NCBI GenBank assembly: GCA_028534125.1
Contig: CM052817.1
Location: 101,248,001 to 101,312,000, forward strand
Reading direction: 5' to 3'
Origin: Lama glama
Taxonomy: Eukaryota
Length of the DNA stretch: 64,000 bases
In this document: positions 1 to 12,011 of the stretch, piece by piece
How the letters are laid out: the number at the start of each line of letters is the position of its first letter
Position numbering within the stretch: the first letter of the stretch is position 1
Program-made: the position numbers and the translations under genes
Notes under the pieces: model-generated
What the model saw: only the letters and a program-made list of their open reading frames with translations
What the model was told of the DNA's origin: nothing
The model's database searches: none

Positions 1-74
1 CTTGATGTGACTGCCCTTCTCCAAGGGCCTTAGAGGGAAAAAGACGTGAGAGGTGGTGTAGGGTCATGGCTGAG

Positions 75-262
75 GGTGGGAAGTTCAAGCCTGCATCTGC
101 CACTTCTCAGCCGCGTGACTATGGGCAACATGTGCCTGTGACTCAGTTTTCTCATCTGTGAATAGGACGCACCTGGTAGGGCTGTTTTGAGGGTTAAGTG
201 AGCTATTCCACGATAGTAAAAGCAGAGAGCATGGCCCTGCCCAACAGCAGGCACCCACTCAG
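75..262 (+). mobile_element. MIR SINE fragment
   Basis: MIR core-like 'tctgccacttctcagccgcgtgactatgggcaa...ctcagttttctcatctgtgaa...gctgttttgagggttaagtgag'. Confidence 0.7.
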
Positions 263-619
263 TGTTGGCGTTTTGGACAAGAGTTCATTTCTGGTATTCA
301 GGGTGCACACAATATAGAATGGTTTATTTTATAATTTTGTGGATTTCTCCCCAAATCCATGAGGTATTTCAGAATACTTTTTAATTCTTGAGTGAAATTA
401 TAAAAATTGTTACTGTCCTCCAGTCCTGTTGGCCTCTTTGCGTTCCTCATTCCCACAACGTAGCTCAGGGCTGCTCTGTCCTCTGCTTCGGGTTTTCTCC
501 TTCGCCTCCTCAAGATGCACTTCCTGCCCCTGGATCCTCTATGGCATCACCCTGCTTAGCCGCCCAGAGCCTCTGTCCAAGCCTGTGATCTCCTTATTGT
601 CTGATTTCCCCAGGGAGTT

Positions 620-697
620 GTTCATAGCTGTATTTCCAACAGCCCGTGTGGCACCTGGAACAGAATAAAGGTTTGATGAATGAATGAATGCATGAAT
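620..697 (+). mobile_element. L2 LINE 3' tail
   Basis: 'gctgtatttccaacagcc...cctggaacagaataaaggtttgatgaatgaatgaatg', the typical L2 end with (TGAA)n. Confidence 0.65.
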
Positions 698-1303
698 GGC
701 CCCAAAGCCTGAGCCCCACCACGTGATGCTGCCTCGGATGCCACCTGCTCCGGAGCCCTTCCGGCCTGTACTGGTGCAGAGCCACCCGCTCTCTGAACAC
801 ACAGCCCTCGTGTCTGCGCCGGCCCCTGGGAGATGTCGCCGGGGCTGCTTCTCATCCCTCAGGCTTGTCCTGATGATTTAACAGTTGCATTATTTCCCAC
901 GCCCATGATGAGGCTCCATGGCCCCAGTAGAATGATAAATGTTCCTAGAGGGCACGTATTGTGTGAAGTAGAAGAAAAAGACACCTGCTGAGGGTGTCTG
1001 CAAGGGGTGGAGGAGGGCTGCATGGAGAAAGTGACAAAAGTTGGAAAGGGACGGGGATCATGTCCACAGCCCCAGCTCCGCCATCGGTGCAGTGAATCCT
1101 GCTAAGGGGTGGGGAAGGATTGTCCAGATGGCTGTAGGGGAAGGGAGCGGGTGATGTGGTATCAGGGCCAGATCAATGCACGAGTTTGCAACCGTGTTAG
1201 GAAGCCCAGCCAAGGGAGAGGACTTGGAGTGCGGGGGCTTGGTCTGTGGGTGAGAAAGAACCTAGGGCACCCCTGTGAACGAATAAACAAGAAGATGGTC
1301 AGA

Positions 1304-1482
1304 ATAGATAAAAAACAAATTTCTTCTGTATAGCACAGGGAACTATATTCAGTATCTTGTAATAACCTATAATGAAAAAGAATATGAAAACTAATATAAG
1401 TATGTATATGTATGACTGAACATTATGGTGTACATCAGAAATTCACACATTGCAACTGACTATACTTCATTTAAAAAAAAAA
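1304..1482 (+). mobile_element. 5'-truncated L1 3' UTR (cetartiodactyl/camelid type)
   Basis: 'ctgtatagcacagggaactatattcagtatcttgtaataacctataatgaaaaagaatatg', poly-A tail, TSD aagatggtc(a/g)ga on both sides. Confidence 0.85.
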
Positions 1483-1589
1483 AAGATGGTCGGAGATTAG
1501 CAATGAGAACCCTCCCCCCTTCCCCAAGCAGAGAGGAGCATCACTTGCAGGTGTGGGTCAGACGGCCATACGGAACTTTCAGCGATGTG

Positions 1590-1752
1590 TTCTCTCTAGT
1601 TCCAGCTGCACCACATTGGTCAGTCTTATCTTGGGCAAGTTTAACTGTTCTGAGCTTCACATTCTTCATCTGCAAAGGGAGGATGACAATGGCCGACCTC
1701 ACAGAGAGTCAGTAGGAGCGTCAGTGTAAAGCACGCAGCACTGCTCAATACT
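1590..1752 (+). mobile_element. MIR fragment
   Basis: 'tcttgggcaagtttaactgttctgagcttcacattcttcatctgcaaa...cctcacagag'. Confidence 0.65.
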
Positions 1753-1850
1753 GTGAAAGCTGGGCTGCGCAGTGCTAGCTTCCAGGGCACAGTGGGTGAA
1801 CCAGGGGCCTTTTCCCTTGGGCCGGGGGCCCCCCCACAGAGGGCAGGGAG

Positions 1851-2255
1851 GGTATTAGTCCGCTGGGGCTGCCGAAACAAAGTGCCACAGCCCGGGTGGC
1901 TTCAGCAGTGAAAATGTGTATTCTCACCCTTCTGGAGGCTGGAAGTCTGAGATCAAGGTGCCAGCGTGGCCAGGCTCTGGAGGGAGCTCTGTTGCTGGCT
2001 TTTAGAGGATGCTTTCTTCATGTGCTCTCACGCGGCCTTTCCTCGGGGCGCGTGCGTGGAGGGCAGAGAGAGCAGAGCTCTTTGTTGTCACTTCTTGGGA
2101 GGACGCTAATCGGGCCAGATCAGGACCCCACCCTTGTGAACTCTTTAACCTTAACTACTCCCTTAGAGGCTCCGGCTCCAAATACAGCCACACAGGAGTT
2201 AGGGCTTCAACGTGTGAATTGCGAGTTGGGAGGGCACAAATATTCAGGCTATAAC
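1851..2255 (-). mobile_element. MLT1-type MaLR solo LTR
   Basis: 'gtattagtc...gggctgcc...ttctggaggctggaagtctgagatcaaggtg...gcttcaac...attcaggctataac', reverse of the MLT1A/B consensus. Confidence 0.85.
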
Positions 2256-2867
2256 TGAGAGGATGAGGAGTAGCTCAAGGGACAGGAAGCAGTCTGGGCA
2301 CTTGAAAGGGAGCCCCGTTCTCCCCAGTGGTGGCCTGGGCGGGCTTTGGAGCCTAGGTGTCAGGAGGGATGGGCTTAGCATTATTCACTTGTGGTTGGTC
2401 TCACAATAATATTCCCCTGTGTGCACGGTAAAGAGCTGTCACCTTTTGCATGGTGAGGAATGCCAGGCCTTTGGGGAGTCAAATAGGGTCCTATTCCATT
2501 TTCACATACCATTTTCTAGGACAAATGCCCAAGCTGGGCATTCTGACACTCCCTGGGCAGCCTTATTCCACAGTGATTTACCCTTTTTTGATACCTGCAT
2601 TCTTCCCATGTATTTACTAGGTGAATTGCAAAGATGAATGAGCGAATGAATGAACGAGTCTCTTTCATTTTGACTGTAGTTTCTCGAGAGCAGAGTTTAT
2701 TCTTTCCACAAAAGCTTTCTGGGGAAAAGAGTACGTGACATAGTTAGTTCCTTATGTGACAGGCTTCTCATCATACAGCTTTCACTTAGTGTCTACATTT
2801 GGAAATCTCACGAGTGTTTTCATTTTCCCATGTTGGCCTTTCTACCTCAAGCTCGCTCAGTTCCAGA

Positions 2868-3017
2868 GGGGAGGGTACAGCTCAGTGGTAGAGCATGTGC
2901 TTAGCACGTATGAGGTCCTGGGTTCAACCCCCAGTACCTCCATTAAAATAAACAAATAAACTAAATTACCCACTCCCCACCAAAAAAAAAAAAAGGAAGG
3001 AAAAGAAAATAAGAAAA
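2868..3017 (+). mobile_element. tRNA-Ala-derived SINE (vic-1 type)
   Basis: A box agctcagtgg, B box ggttcaaccc, AT-rich linker, A tail; TSD core ctcagttccag on both flanks. Confidence 0.9.
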
Positions 3018-3589
3018 TCGAGTTTACTCAGTTCCAGCCTCACTTACACAAAGTGAAAACGGACGTGGGTCTTAGAGACTTTCCCTCCCTGTGTCCTGCG
3101 GCAGCCTGTTTGTTCTCAGGATTGGCTGTGTGGGTCCAGAACGGCTGAGGCGCTACGGGTCAGTCATTTTCCGGGCGATGCCCCTTTCACCTTTGCCCCG
3201 ATGCTTCCACGTGTGATCGAGCACTAGAGCCAGAGCCCAGGGAAGAGTGGTTCGCCAGTCACATTGATTCTCCTGCTTGGTCCCTAGCACTGCCTGCAGT
3301 GGGGACAGTGTGGGGTGAGTGACACCAGTCCAGGAGGATGTAGCTCCGCTCTCAGGAGCTCTGAAAAGGGCTGGGGACACAGGACATAGGAAGTCATCTA
3401 AGGAGCATTGCAGAAGCAGAAGAGGCCTTTGTGATTCCTGCGGGCCAGTGAGCACGGACCAGGGCTTCTCTCACTGAGGAGGGAGGTGGATGATAAAGAC
3501 TGGGTTCAATTAGCACGGACTGGGGGAAGGGAACAAAGGAAGGTGCACTTGTGCAGACAGCCGTGGTCATTAAAGCTGCCCCTCCTGAG

Positions 3590-4320
3590 TCCCTATGCTG
3601 TACACCAGCAACTAGCACAATGTTGTAAGTCAACTACAACCAGAAAACAAATCAAAAACTAAAAATAAATTTACCATATGATCCAGCAATCCCACTCCTG
3701 GGCATACACCCAGAGCGAACTCTGATTCTAAAAGATACATGCACCCCCATGTTCACAGCAGCACTAGTTTCAATAGCCGAGACATGGAAGCAACCTGAAT
3801 GTCCATCAACAGATGACTGAATAAAGAAGTTGTGGTATATTTATACAATGGAATACTAACTACTCTGCCATAAAAAAGAATAAAATAATGCCATTTGCTG
3901 CAACATGGATGGACCTGGAGATCATCTTTCTAAGTGAAGTAAGCCAGACAGAGAAAGAAAAATACCATATGATATCACTCGTATGTGGAATCTAAAAAAA
4001 GAAAAAAGAAGACATCAATGAACTTATTTACAAAACAGAAACAGACTCGCAGACATAGTAAACAATCTTACGGTTACCAGGGGGTGTGGGGGTGGGAAGG
4101 GATAAATTGGAAGTTTGAGATTTGCAAATATTAAATAGTATATATAAAATAGATAAGCAACAAATTTCTTTTGTATAGCACAGGGAACTATATTCAACAT
4201 TTTATGGTAACTTATAATGGAAAAATATGAAAACGAATATTTGTATGTGTATGTATGACTGAAACATTATGGAAATAATTGATGCATTGTAAACTGACTA
4301 AACCTCAATAAAAAGAAATC
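3590..4320 (+). mobile_element. L1 3' end (ORF2 C-terminal remnant plus 3' UTR), preceded by a short second L1 tail (about 3590-3640)
   Basis: 'ttaccatatgatccagcaatcccactcctgggcata', 'gcaacatggatggacctggag', 'cacagggaactatattcaa', ends aataaaa. Confidence 0.9.
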
Positions 4321-4366
4321 AAAACAACTGGCCCATAATGGGCAGGGGACCGAGGAAATTGCTAGA

Positions 4367-4594
4367 CTGGTGATTCTCAACCAGGCTGACTTTTCCCACC
4401 CCCACCCCCCTCAGGACATTTGGCAATGTCTAGGGGCAGTTTTGGCTGTCGGAATGGAGGAGACAGAAGAGGTGCTTCTGGCATCTAGAGCGGAGAGGCC
4501 AGGGAAGCTGCTAAACATCCTGCAGTGCACAGGACAGCCCCGCAGCATGGAATTCTCCAGCCAGCTATCAGGGGTGCAGGGGTTGAAAACCCCC
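4367..4594 (+). mobile_element. MER20 (hAT-Charlie) DNA transposon fossil
   Basis: 'ttctcaacc...ggacatttggcaatgtct...ggccagggaagctgctaaacatcctgcagtgcacaggacagcccc...ggttgaaaaccc'. Confidence 0.85.
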
Positions 4595-5455
4595 ATGCAG
4601 CCTGGCAGAGTCTGGAGTCTGGTCTGGGTGCTGGGAACTGGGCCACATCACCTCCCTGGGTCACGGTTTCCTTATCCATGATGTGAAGACCTCTTAGGTT
4701 ACATTTGGCTCTAACAGTCTGTGATTCAATGACACAGACTCAAACTGGAGTCTGAAGATGGGATGGGGATAGCTTCAGAATTTCATGCTTTAAAACAAAC
4801 AAGCAGAAGAAATGTGGAGAGTTTTTAGAAACTTTCTAGGAAATGGTGCTTAAGCCTCAGGTGAATCTTGAAAACTTTGAACCATATCATCCTCATCAAA
4901 CCTAAAAGGAGCCAGAAGAGCCCTAATCTCATGCTTTGCGGCTAAGGAAGGAATTTTTGTTGGGGCTCGAGGGACAGCTCGGGACAGAATCTCCTAGAGT
5001 TACACGGGACCTAAGATGCCAGCCAGCTGCACCTGAGGGCAGCTCTCGAAATGCTGTCCTGGCTGCCAAGTCCTTGAAAGGGAAGCGCAGCTCTCCCCAG
5101 CCTGGGCCTTCCTTCCCTGAGCTCTGACTGAATTAGAGCCACACCCTGTCTGCCCTCTGTTTCTCTTCTAGATCTTGAGAAATGATCAGAAGGGAAAGAC
5201 TGAGAAAACAAGCTTTGCCTACACAGAGAAGCTGGTCTAAAGAAAACACAAATTGCCAGAGTTGCCCAGACAGGTTGATGGTATTATGTTTATTGGAACT
5301 TTCCAGAAAAAGCAATAGATTCTAATAAAATCCCCTTGCCACTAATTAGTAAAGAAATTTTTTTCCAATATTAAAAATTCAAATCACACTTGTAAAACAT
5401 GCTTGTTTTTAAAGAGAAAATTGTATATGGTGATAACTCTAATTAAGGATCTATT

Positions 5456-5543
5456 GGGGGGTGGTATCGCTCAGTGGTAGAGCATATGCTTAGCACGCAT
5501 GAGATCCTGGCTTCAATCCCCAGTGTCTACATTAAAAAAAAAA
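5456..5543 (+). mobile_element. vic-1-type SINE (short)
   Basis: tRNA-Ala-like head 'gctcagtggtagagcatatgcttagcacgcatgag', poly-A, degenerate TSD ggat(c/t)tatt. Confidence 0.85.
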
Positions 5544-6047
5544 TGGATTTATTGCCATGGCATAAATATGGTAAATTTGAATTTCTGAATGAGCAGTATT
5601 TTCATGGAAGTATCAGAATTTATTTGCAGGTGTTTACAGTCACAGATCAATGCTGACACAGAATGCTTTCTGTATGAGTGAACACAGAAAACCCCAAAGG
5701 TCAAGAAAAATAGTAGGTGTTGCCTACACTCATGAGCAAAAGCAAGGTAAGTCCCCCACGAAGGACTTACCTAGGGGGTGGCCGTTACTTGTTTCGTGGC
5801 CCTAAGCCCATCCCCCACCTTGAGGCTTTCTTTGGCTCTTTGAAGATGATGGTCAGTGTGTGAGCTTCCCTGTCCCTGCCCCACCCATGGGAGAGGGAGG
5901 TGGTGCTTCCTCCTCACCTTGAACCACATGACAAAGGGAGATTCCAGAGAACCTTCCAGAGAATTTGATACCCATCCTGAAGCAGGTAAGAGCATAAGGA
6001 CTGAGGTGAGAACAGAGGGAGAGGAAGAAGGAGGCACTGAGGGTCAT

Positions 6048-6067
6048 TGCTGCCCCCTAGTGGTCGG
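6048..6067 (-). promoter_or_regulatory. CTCF motif
   Basis: - strand CCGACCACTAGGGGGCAGCA closely matches the CTCF core CCASYAGRKGGCRS. Confidence 0.6.
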
Positions 6068-6569
6068 GGCAAGCCTGAGGGTCCAGTGGGAGCCACTTCA
6101 AGAGGCCCTTGTCTAAGAGGGCTGCGTGGAAGAGGGATTGGGACCTGACAAAGGGAGAGTCTGTGAGAGTCCACCCCTGAATGATGAGGCACTGACTCTC
6201 AGTGACAGCCACATCATGGAAATTTTAACTGGACTCCACAACAGAGCAATCTCCAGGGCCCCACAAATGCCTGTCAGGGACAAAGTGCCAGCTTCAGGCA
6301 GCTGCCAAGTCCCAGCTGTACCAATGTCCTATGACATCTGAACTGTGACCACCTTTCCTCAATTCTCCCTCTTCAGTGTGACTCTGGAAGGGCGGAAACC
6401 TCATAAGTAGTGGGAGGAGGAAGTAGAATGTAGAAGAAAGAAATCCAGCCTTTCCTCATAGCTCTACTCAGGTTTCCAGGATGAAAAGGAACTGCAGAAG
6501 GAGAAGCTCTAAATGAAGAAAGAGGTTGGCGTTGTCATCATTACGCTGGAAAGGGTGTTTTGTTTTTTG

Positions 6570-6945
6570 TTGTTTTTTTAAAATTTTTTATTGAAGGGTA
6601 GTTGTTTTACAATATTAGTTTCAGGTGAACAGCAAAGTGATTCAGTTATGCATAAACATACGCACATATTTTCTTTTCAGATTCTTTTCCATTATATGTT
6701 ATTACAAGAAACTGAATATAGTTCCCTGTGCTATATACAGTAGGTCCTTGTGATTTATCTATTTTATATATATAATATGTGTCTGTTAATCCCCAATCCC
6801 CGATTTATCCTTCCTCACACTTTCTGTTTTGGTAACCAACAGTAGTTTGTTTTCTATGTCTGTGAGTCTGTTTTTGGTTTGTAAATAGAATCTGTATCAT
6901 TTTTTTTTAGAGTCCACATATAAGTGACATCATATAGTATTTGTC
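6570..6945 (-). mobile_element. L1 3' UTR fragment
   Basis: T-rich start, 'tgaatatagttccctgtgctata', 'ttctatgtctgtgagtctgttt', 'tccacatataagtga'. Confidence 0.85.
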
Positions 6946-6959
6946 TGGAAAGAATGTTT

Positions 6960-8015
6960 TTAAAATCACCTTTATTAAGAGGTCTAACTTACATCCAATA
7001 AACTGCACCCATTTTTGGTGGACGGTTCAGTGAGTTTTGACAAATGGATACCCTTGCATAAGCACCACGCCATCAAGACACAATATTTCCACCATCTCCA
7101 AAAGTTCCCTGTGTCCCTTCCAGCCATTTTCCATCTCCTTCCAGCCCCAGGGAACCACTGGTCTCCTAGCTTTTGCCACCGCTGATCAACTTGCACTTTG
7201 TAGAATTTCATACAAATGGAGTCCTATAGTGTGTATTCCTATGTGTCTGGCTTCATTCACTCAGTGTAATGTTTTTGAGATTCATCCATGTTGTGTGTAT
7301 CAGCAGTTTGGTCCTTCTTATTGCTGAGTAATGCTTTATTGAATGGATATACCATAGTTTACTTTCCATTCTCCTAATGCTGGACATTTGGGTTTTTCTC
7401 CTGGATTTGGGCTATTATTAATAAAGAATAATATTGTTTTTACAAGTATTCATTAGACATGTGTTCATTTCTTCTAGGTAATTACCCAGGAATGGAAATT
7501 GTTTGGTTGTATTATACATGTGTGTTTACCTGTATAATGAATTGTCAAAGTGTTTTCCTTTAGTGGTTGTTCCATTCTATATTTCCACAAACAATATATG
7601 AGAATTAGCAACTGTATCTGACAAAGAACTTGCGTCCAGACTATATGAAGAATCATACAGCTCAATAATCAGAAAACAAAATAACTCATGTTATTTGAAT
7701 GTATGAGAGTTCCAGTTACTCCGTTTCAATGTTCATTTTCTGGATGACTAATGACATTAAGCATCTTATGTGCTTATTGGCCATTCATATTTTTTTTGGT
7801 CCATGCCTGTTCCCATGTTTTGTCCTTTTTTTTTAGCAAGTTATTTGTTTTTTGATTATTGAGCTGTATTCTTCACATAGTCTGGACACAAATTCTTTAT
7901 CAGATATAGTTGCTAATATTTTCTTCCAGCCTGTGATTTGCCTTTTCATTTTCTTAATGGTGTCTTGTGGAGAACAGATGTTTTGAAACTTTGATAAAGT
8001 TCTATTTATTGATTT
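6960..8015 (-). mobile_element. Old L1M (L1MB/L1MC-like) 3' region with an internal inverted duplication
   Basis: 'aaactgcacccatttt...gagttttgacaaatg', 'gtttttgagattcatccatgttg', 'gactaatgacattaagcatctt'. Confidence 0.8.
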
Positions 8016-8734
8016 TTCCCTGCTATTACCCCAATTTTTTGTTTTATAAGGTAATCAAATGACTGAAATAAGATCTTCTTGATATTGAAAATGCTCAGAA
8101 GACTTTTATTTTTTATATTTATATTTATATTTTTAATTTTGGGGTAAAAATATATATCTGTCTATTTTTTAAAGTTTCATGTGTACAACATTGTATTTCT
8201 AATGACACTTCATAAAGTTGTGAGGCTGGAGGAAATAATGCTTAGTGCTCTTAGGACTGTGTGACACATAGTAGGGCCTCTATAGATATGGACTATAGTT
8301 AGAAGATTTTAATTACCTGAATGTGACTGGAAAAGTTATTGGAGAGGACATGCCAGCGATTCCATCCAAAGACCAAGAAAGACCAGCTCCCTTGGGGGCT
8401 ACCTCTGTGTCATGGGCCATCCCAAAGAAGGAGAAATCACTATAAATTGGACAGCCACCATCAAATGAATGTCTAAAACACAATAATGAGGAACATGGGT
8501 ACCTTTAAACTTGAACAATTTAAAATCAGAATTGCATAATTATACAACTGATTTAGTGTACCACAGAGATTCAGTGGAACTCAAATAAGCTATGCTTGGA
8601 GAAATGTACTGAGATTTTAGGCTATTAGGTAGAATTCTAGGGAGATGTTAGCTAAGCTTCTTACTTTTTGTAGTTTTTTGTTTTGTTTTTTAACAACTGA
8701 TTGCTTTATGATAATATAGTTCTAGAAACTTTTT

Positions 8735-9053
8735 TAAAATCTATTTTTATATTAGTGGCTAACATTTGTAAATCTCAAACTCCCAAATTTATCCCTTCCC
8801 ACCCCTTCCCCCGGTAACTGTTAAAGATTGTTTACTATGTCTGTGAGTCTGTTTCTGTTTTGCAGATGAGTTCATAGTGTCCTTTTTTTTTTTTTAAGAT
8901 TCCATATAGTATTTTTCTTTCTTTTTCTGGCTTACTTCACTTAGAATGATGATCTCTAGGTCCATCCATGTTGCTACAAATGGCATTATTTTATTCTTTT
9001 TTATGGCTGAGTAGTATTCCATTGTATATATGTATCACATCTTCTTTATCCAG
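8735..9053 (-). mobile_element. L1 3' UTR fragment
   Basis: 'aatctcaaactcccaaatttatcccttcccacccc', 'ctaggtccatccatgttgct'. Confidence 0.85.
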
Positions 9054-11349
9054 TTCGGCAAATCTCTTCTTGATCTTCACCAACTAACTGAAAGCCTTCA
9101 TGGTGTTAAAGGTCGTCATGCTTTAGCTCAGTGGGCTGAGCGATGGCAAATGGGCCCAAGGCCTTTGCTTGGTCCACCATGTAAGTCAACATACTGATCT
9201 TTTCTGTGGCTATGGCCTAACTTTAGGCATCATTTTGCAAAGTGGGTCATTGGTACTATGGGGACAGAACAAAGACTTTAGGAGGCTTGTAAAAATCTAC
9301 CAGCATGGTTGGAAAAGGAAAAGTACATTCATGCTGATGTATAGTTAGCAGAGTCTTCTTCACTGCTCAACTTCATATGAAACCTGACTTTAAGCCCTAC
9401 TGTTGGTGTCTTTCTCAGAAAAATACAAAGAAGTCATATAGGATAGTAAATACGGAACATCCACATAATTACTTATAAATAGCCTCTCCTACAAAGAACA
9501 AATGTATTTGAGGATGATGAAAGTCTAGTGGAACGTGTTTAGAAATTTTCACTTCTTTAACAGGTGATGGGTAGACCAAAGAACTAATGATTCTGATCCA
9601 TAATTGACAATGCACTGAGGAACAGCTAAGCAGAACAAAATGAAAAGTCTTGTCAAGTTAAGAGAAGATTGTTTCTCTCATTCCTTCTATCTACAAAGTC
9701 CTTCGATGTCACTGATGGTTGAATCTTCAACTTCTTCCCTTTATTAAGCCATGTTGCCTGTGCATAACTTTTATTGCCCTAAAAAAGAAAGTAAAGGATT
9801 TGTCCTTAGAAGTGTATAATTTTCAGAATCTTCTGAGAAGACTTAAGGGTTTAACCATTCATCTGTATATTATCCAAAGGGCCTCTATTCTGACTTCACT
9901 CAATTCCATTAATCATAGGCTCTCCCAGCATGAGAACCTAGTATTATGTGTGTATCACTTCAAAAAAATATATCAGTAAACAATTTAATATTTTGCTTCA
10001 GTACAGTGTTTTGTGTGCTGGCAAATCAGGGGCTTGATAATTGGATGCTATGGGTTGTTAAACTAAATCAGTTAATTGGGGCTTCAGCTCTGAGGAGGGT
10101 TGAGTGAAGCTCTGCTGATGGGTAATTGAAGCTTCAGGTTGCCAAGAGGTGGGTGACTAAGAGGTAGCTGTTTCGGATCAAGAGTAAATTTTTAATTGTG
10201 TGATGAGCATTCTCAAAGGGCATATAGCAATTTTCTGAATTGCATAATCTAATGGCTTGAAATTTAGAAAGTGATGATGTCACCTCCCCATCTTTGAAAA
10301 GAACATACGTCTCCCCCTGTAATTATTTTGTGTATTATGTTTAATAACAGCAACAGGCCAATGCCAAGAGATACTGTAGTCAGGAAAGAGACAGGCCTCG
10401 GGGGGGGGGGGGCGGGGGGGACAGCGTGGTCGGAGACTTTCAGTCCTGTGTGGTTGTGTTTTCTTGATGAAATTCCTGGCAAAATCTTCTTTCTGTGCTT
10501 TCAAAGCCTCCTTCTTCTTGTTCTCAGTTCATTTCCTGTTCCAAGTTTCCAAGAGGCTTACCTGTGCTGAGATGAACTGAGTTCAAATATAATCCTTCCC
10601 AGAGTAAAACTTGTGAATTACTCTCTTCTTCAATGGTGTTTAAGAAACCATGTGAAGAAAGAAACAGTAAACTCTCAAGAGAATGTCACATTGGCTGTAG
10701 GGCGTTACACTCAGAGTTTACAGAGAGTAGAAATTATGTCTACTAATACTATGGAGAGGCAAAGAATTTGAGATCTACTCAGGAAAAATTAATCTGAGAT
10801 CGATTTCTTAATTTTTGATGTATAGCACAGTAGAAAGAACACTGGTCTTGGAGTTAAGAGATGTGAATCTTGCTGCTATTTTGCTATATAACTCTGGGCA
10901 TGTCACTCAGTTTTGTGCAGGGCATTGGATTTCCCATCAGAAAAATGAGAGTATCTGGTCAGCTTACTTAGAAAACCACTCTGGGTCTAAAGTTCTATGG
11001 TTGTTTTCTGAAAATGAAACTTTTTGAGTAAGCCTTTGATAGCCGGTTTTGTATTTTCCCTGGTTTGTGTCTTTATCCCATTAGAAAGAGAGCCTAGCTG
11101 CCTTTTTTTTTTTTTTTTGACTTCTAAATAATAATACATATAAGTCATTTATTTATTTTTCCCTCTGCACTGGGGATGGATTCAGTTCTTCACACACCTC
11201 TGTTCAGGGAGCAGCTGGTGGAAGGAAAGAGCCTGCTTCGTTGCCTATGGGCTGGGTGCCTTTGGGAAGGTAGTTAAACTCTCTGATTCTCAGCTTCTGT
11301 CTCAGTAAAATGAGAATAATAATATCCATCCCCTCAACTCCAAGTGGGG

Positions 11350-11665
11350 TTTTTTTTTAATTGAAGTATAGTTCATTTACAATCTTGTGTTAGTTTCTGA
11401 TGTATACAAAGTGATTCAGTTCTACATTTATATATATTCTTTTTCATTACAGGTTATTACAAGTTATTGAATATAGTTCCCTGTGCTGTACAGCAGTTGT
11501 TATCTATCTTTTATATAGTAGTTTGTATCTGCTAATCCCAAACTCCTAATTTATCCCTCCCTTTTTGGCAACTATAAATTTGTTTTCTATGTCTGTGAGT
11601 CTCTTTCTGTTTTGTAAATAAGTTCATTTGTATCATTCTTTAGATTTCGTGCATAAGTGATACCT
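11350..11665 (-). mobile_element. L1 3' UTR fragment
   Basis: 'ttgaagtatagtt...gaatatagttccctgtgctgtacag...ctatgtctgtgagtct'. Confidence 0.85.
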
Positions 11666-11988
11666 GATTTTGAAAAGTAAGTGAGATCAAGACTGAGATG
11701 ACCTAGCAGGTCACAGCCACTTACCAAACATTAATTCTCTCACCCTGCCTGCCATGTTCCTTTCCCCTTTAGATGGTCCTGTTCTTTCTCACCTTTGATA
11801 GAAAAGGTGTAAGTGGGTCTCCTGGCGCCCACTGCCCCCTAGTATCGGGCATTTATTAGGTGCTGAACAATGCACAAATACTGAATGAATGAGTACATGA
11901 ATAAATCTTAAAAAAAAATCTTCAGTAAATTCCTGGGATGACCTTTCGAGGAAGGTTCCTGTTGAACCCAGAAGATACTGAAGCTTAA

Positions 11989-12011
11989 ACACACACACAC
12001 ACACATACACA
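11989..12011. repeat. (CA)n microsatellite
   Basis: acacacacacacacacatacaca. Confidence 0.9.

Noticed and set aside
2868..2942. tRNA-Ala(AGC)-like sequences, here and at 13 other sites
   Set aside because: All have SINE tails, many have TSDs, and the stems carry mismatches; they are SINE copies, not tRNA genes
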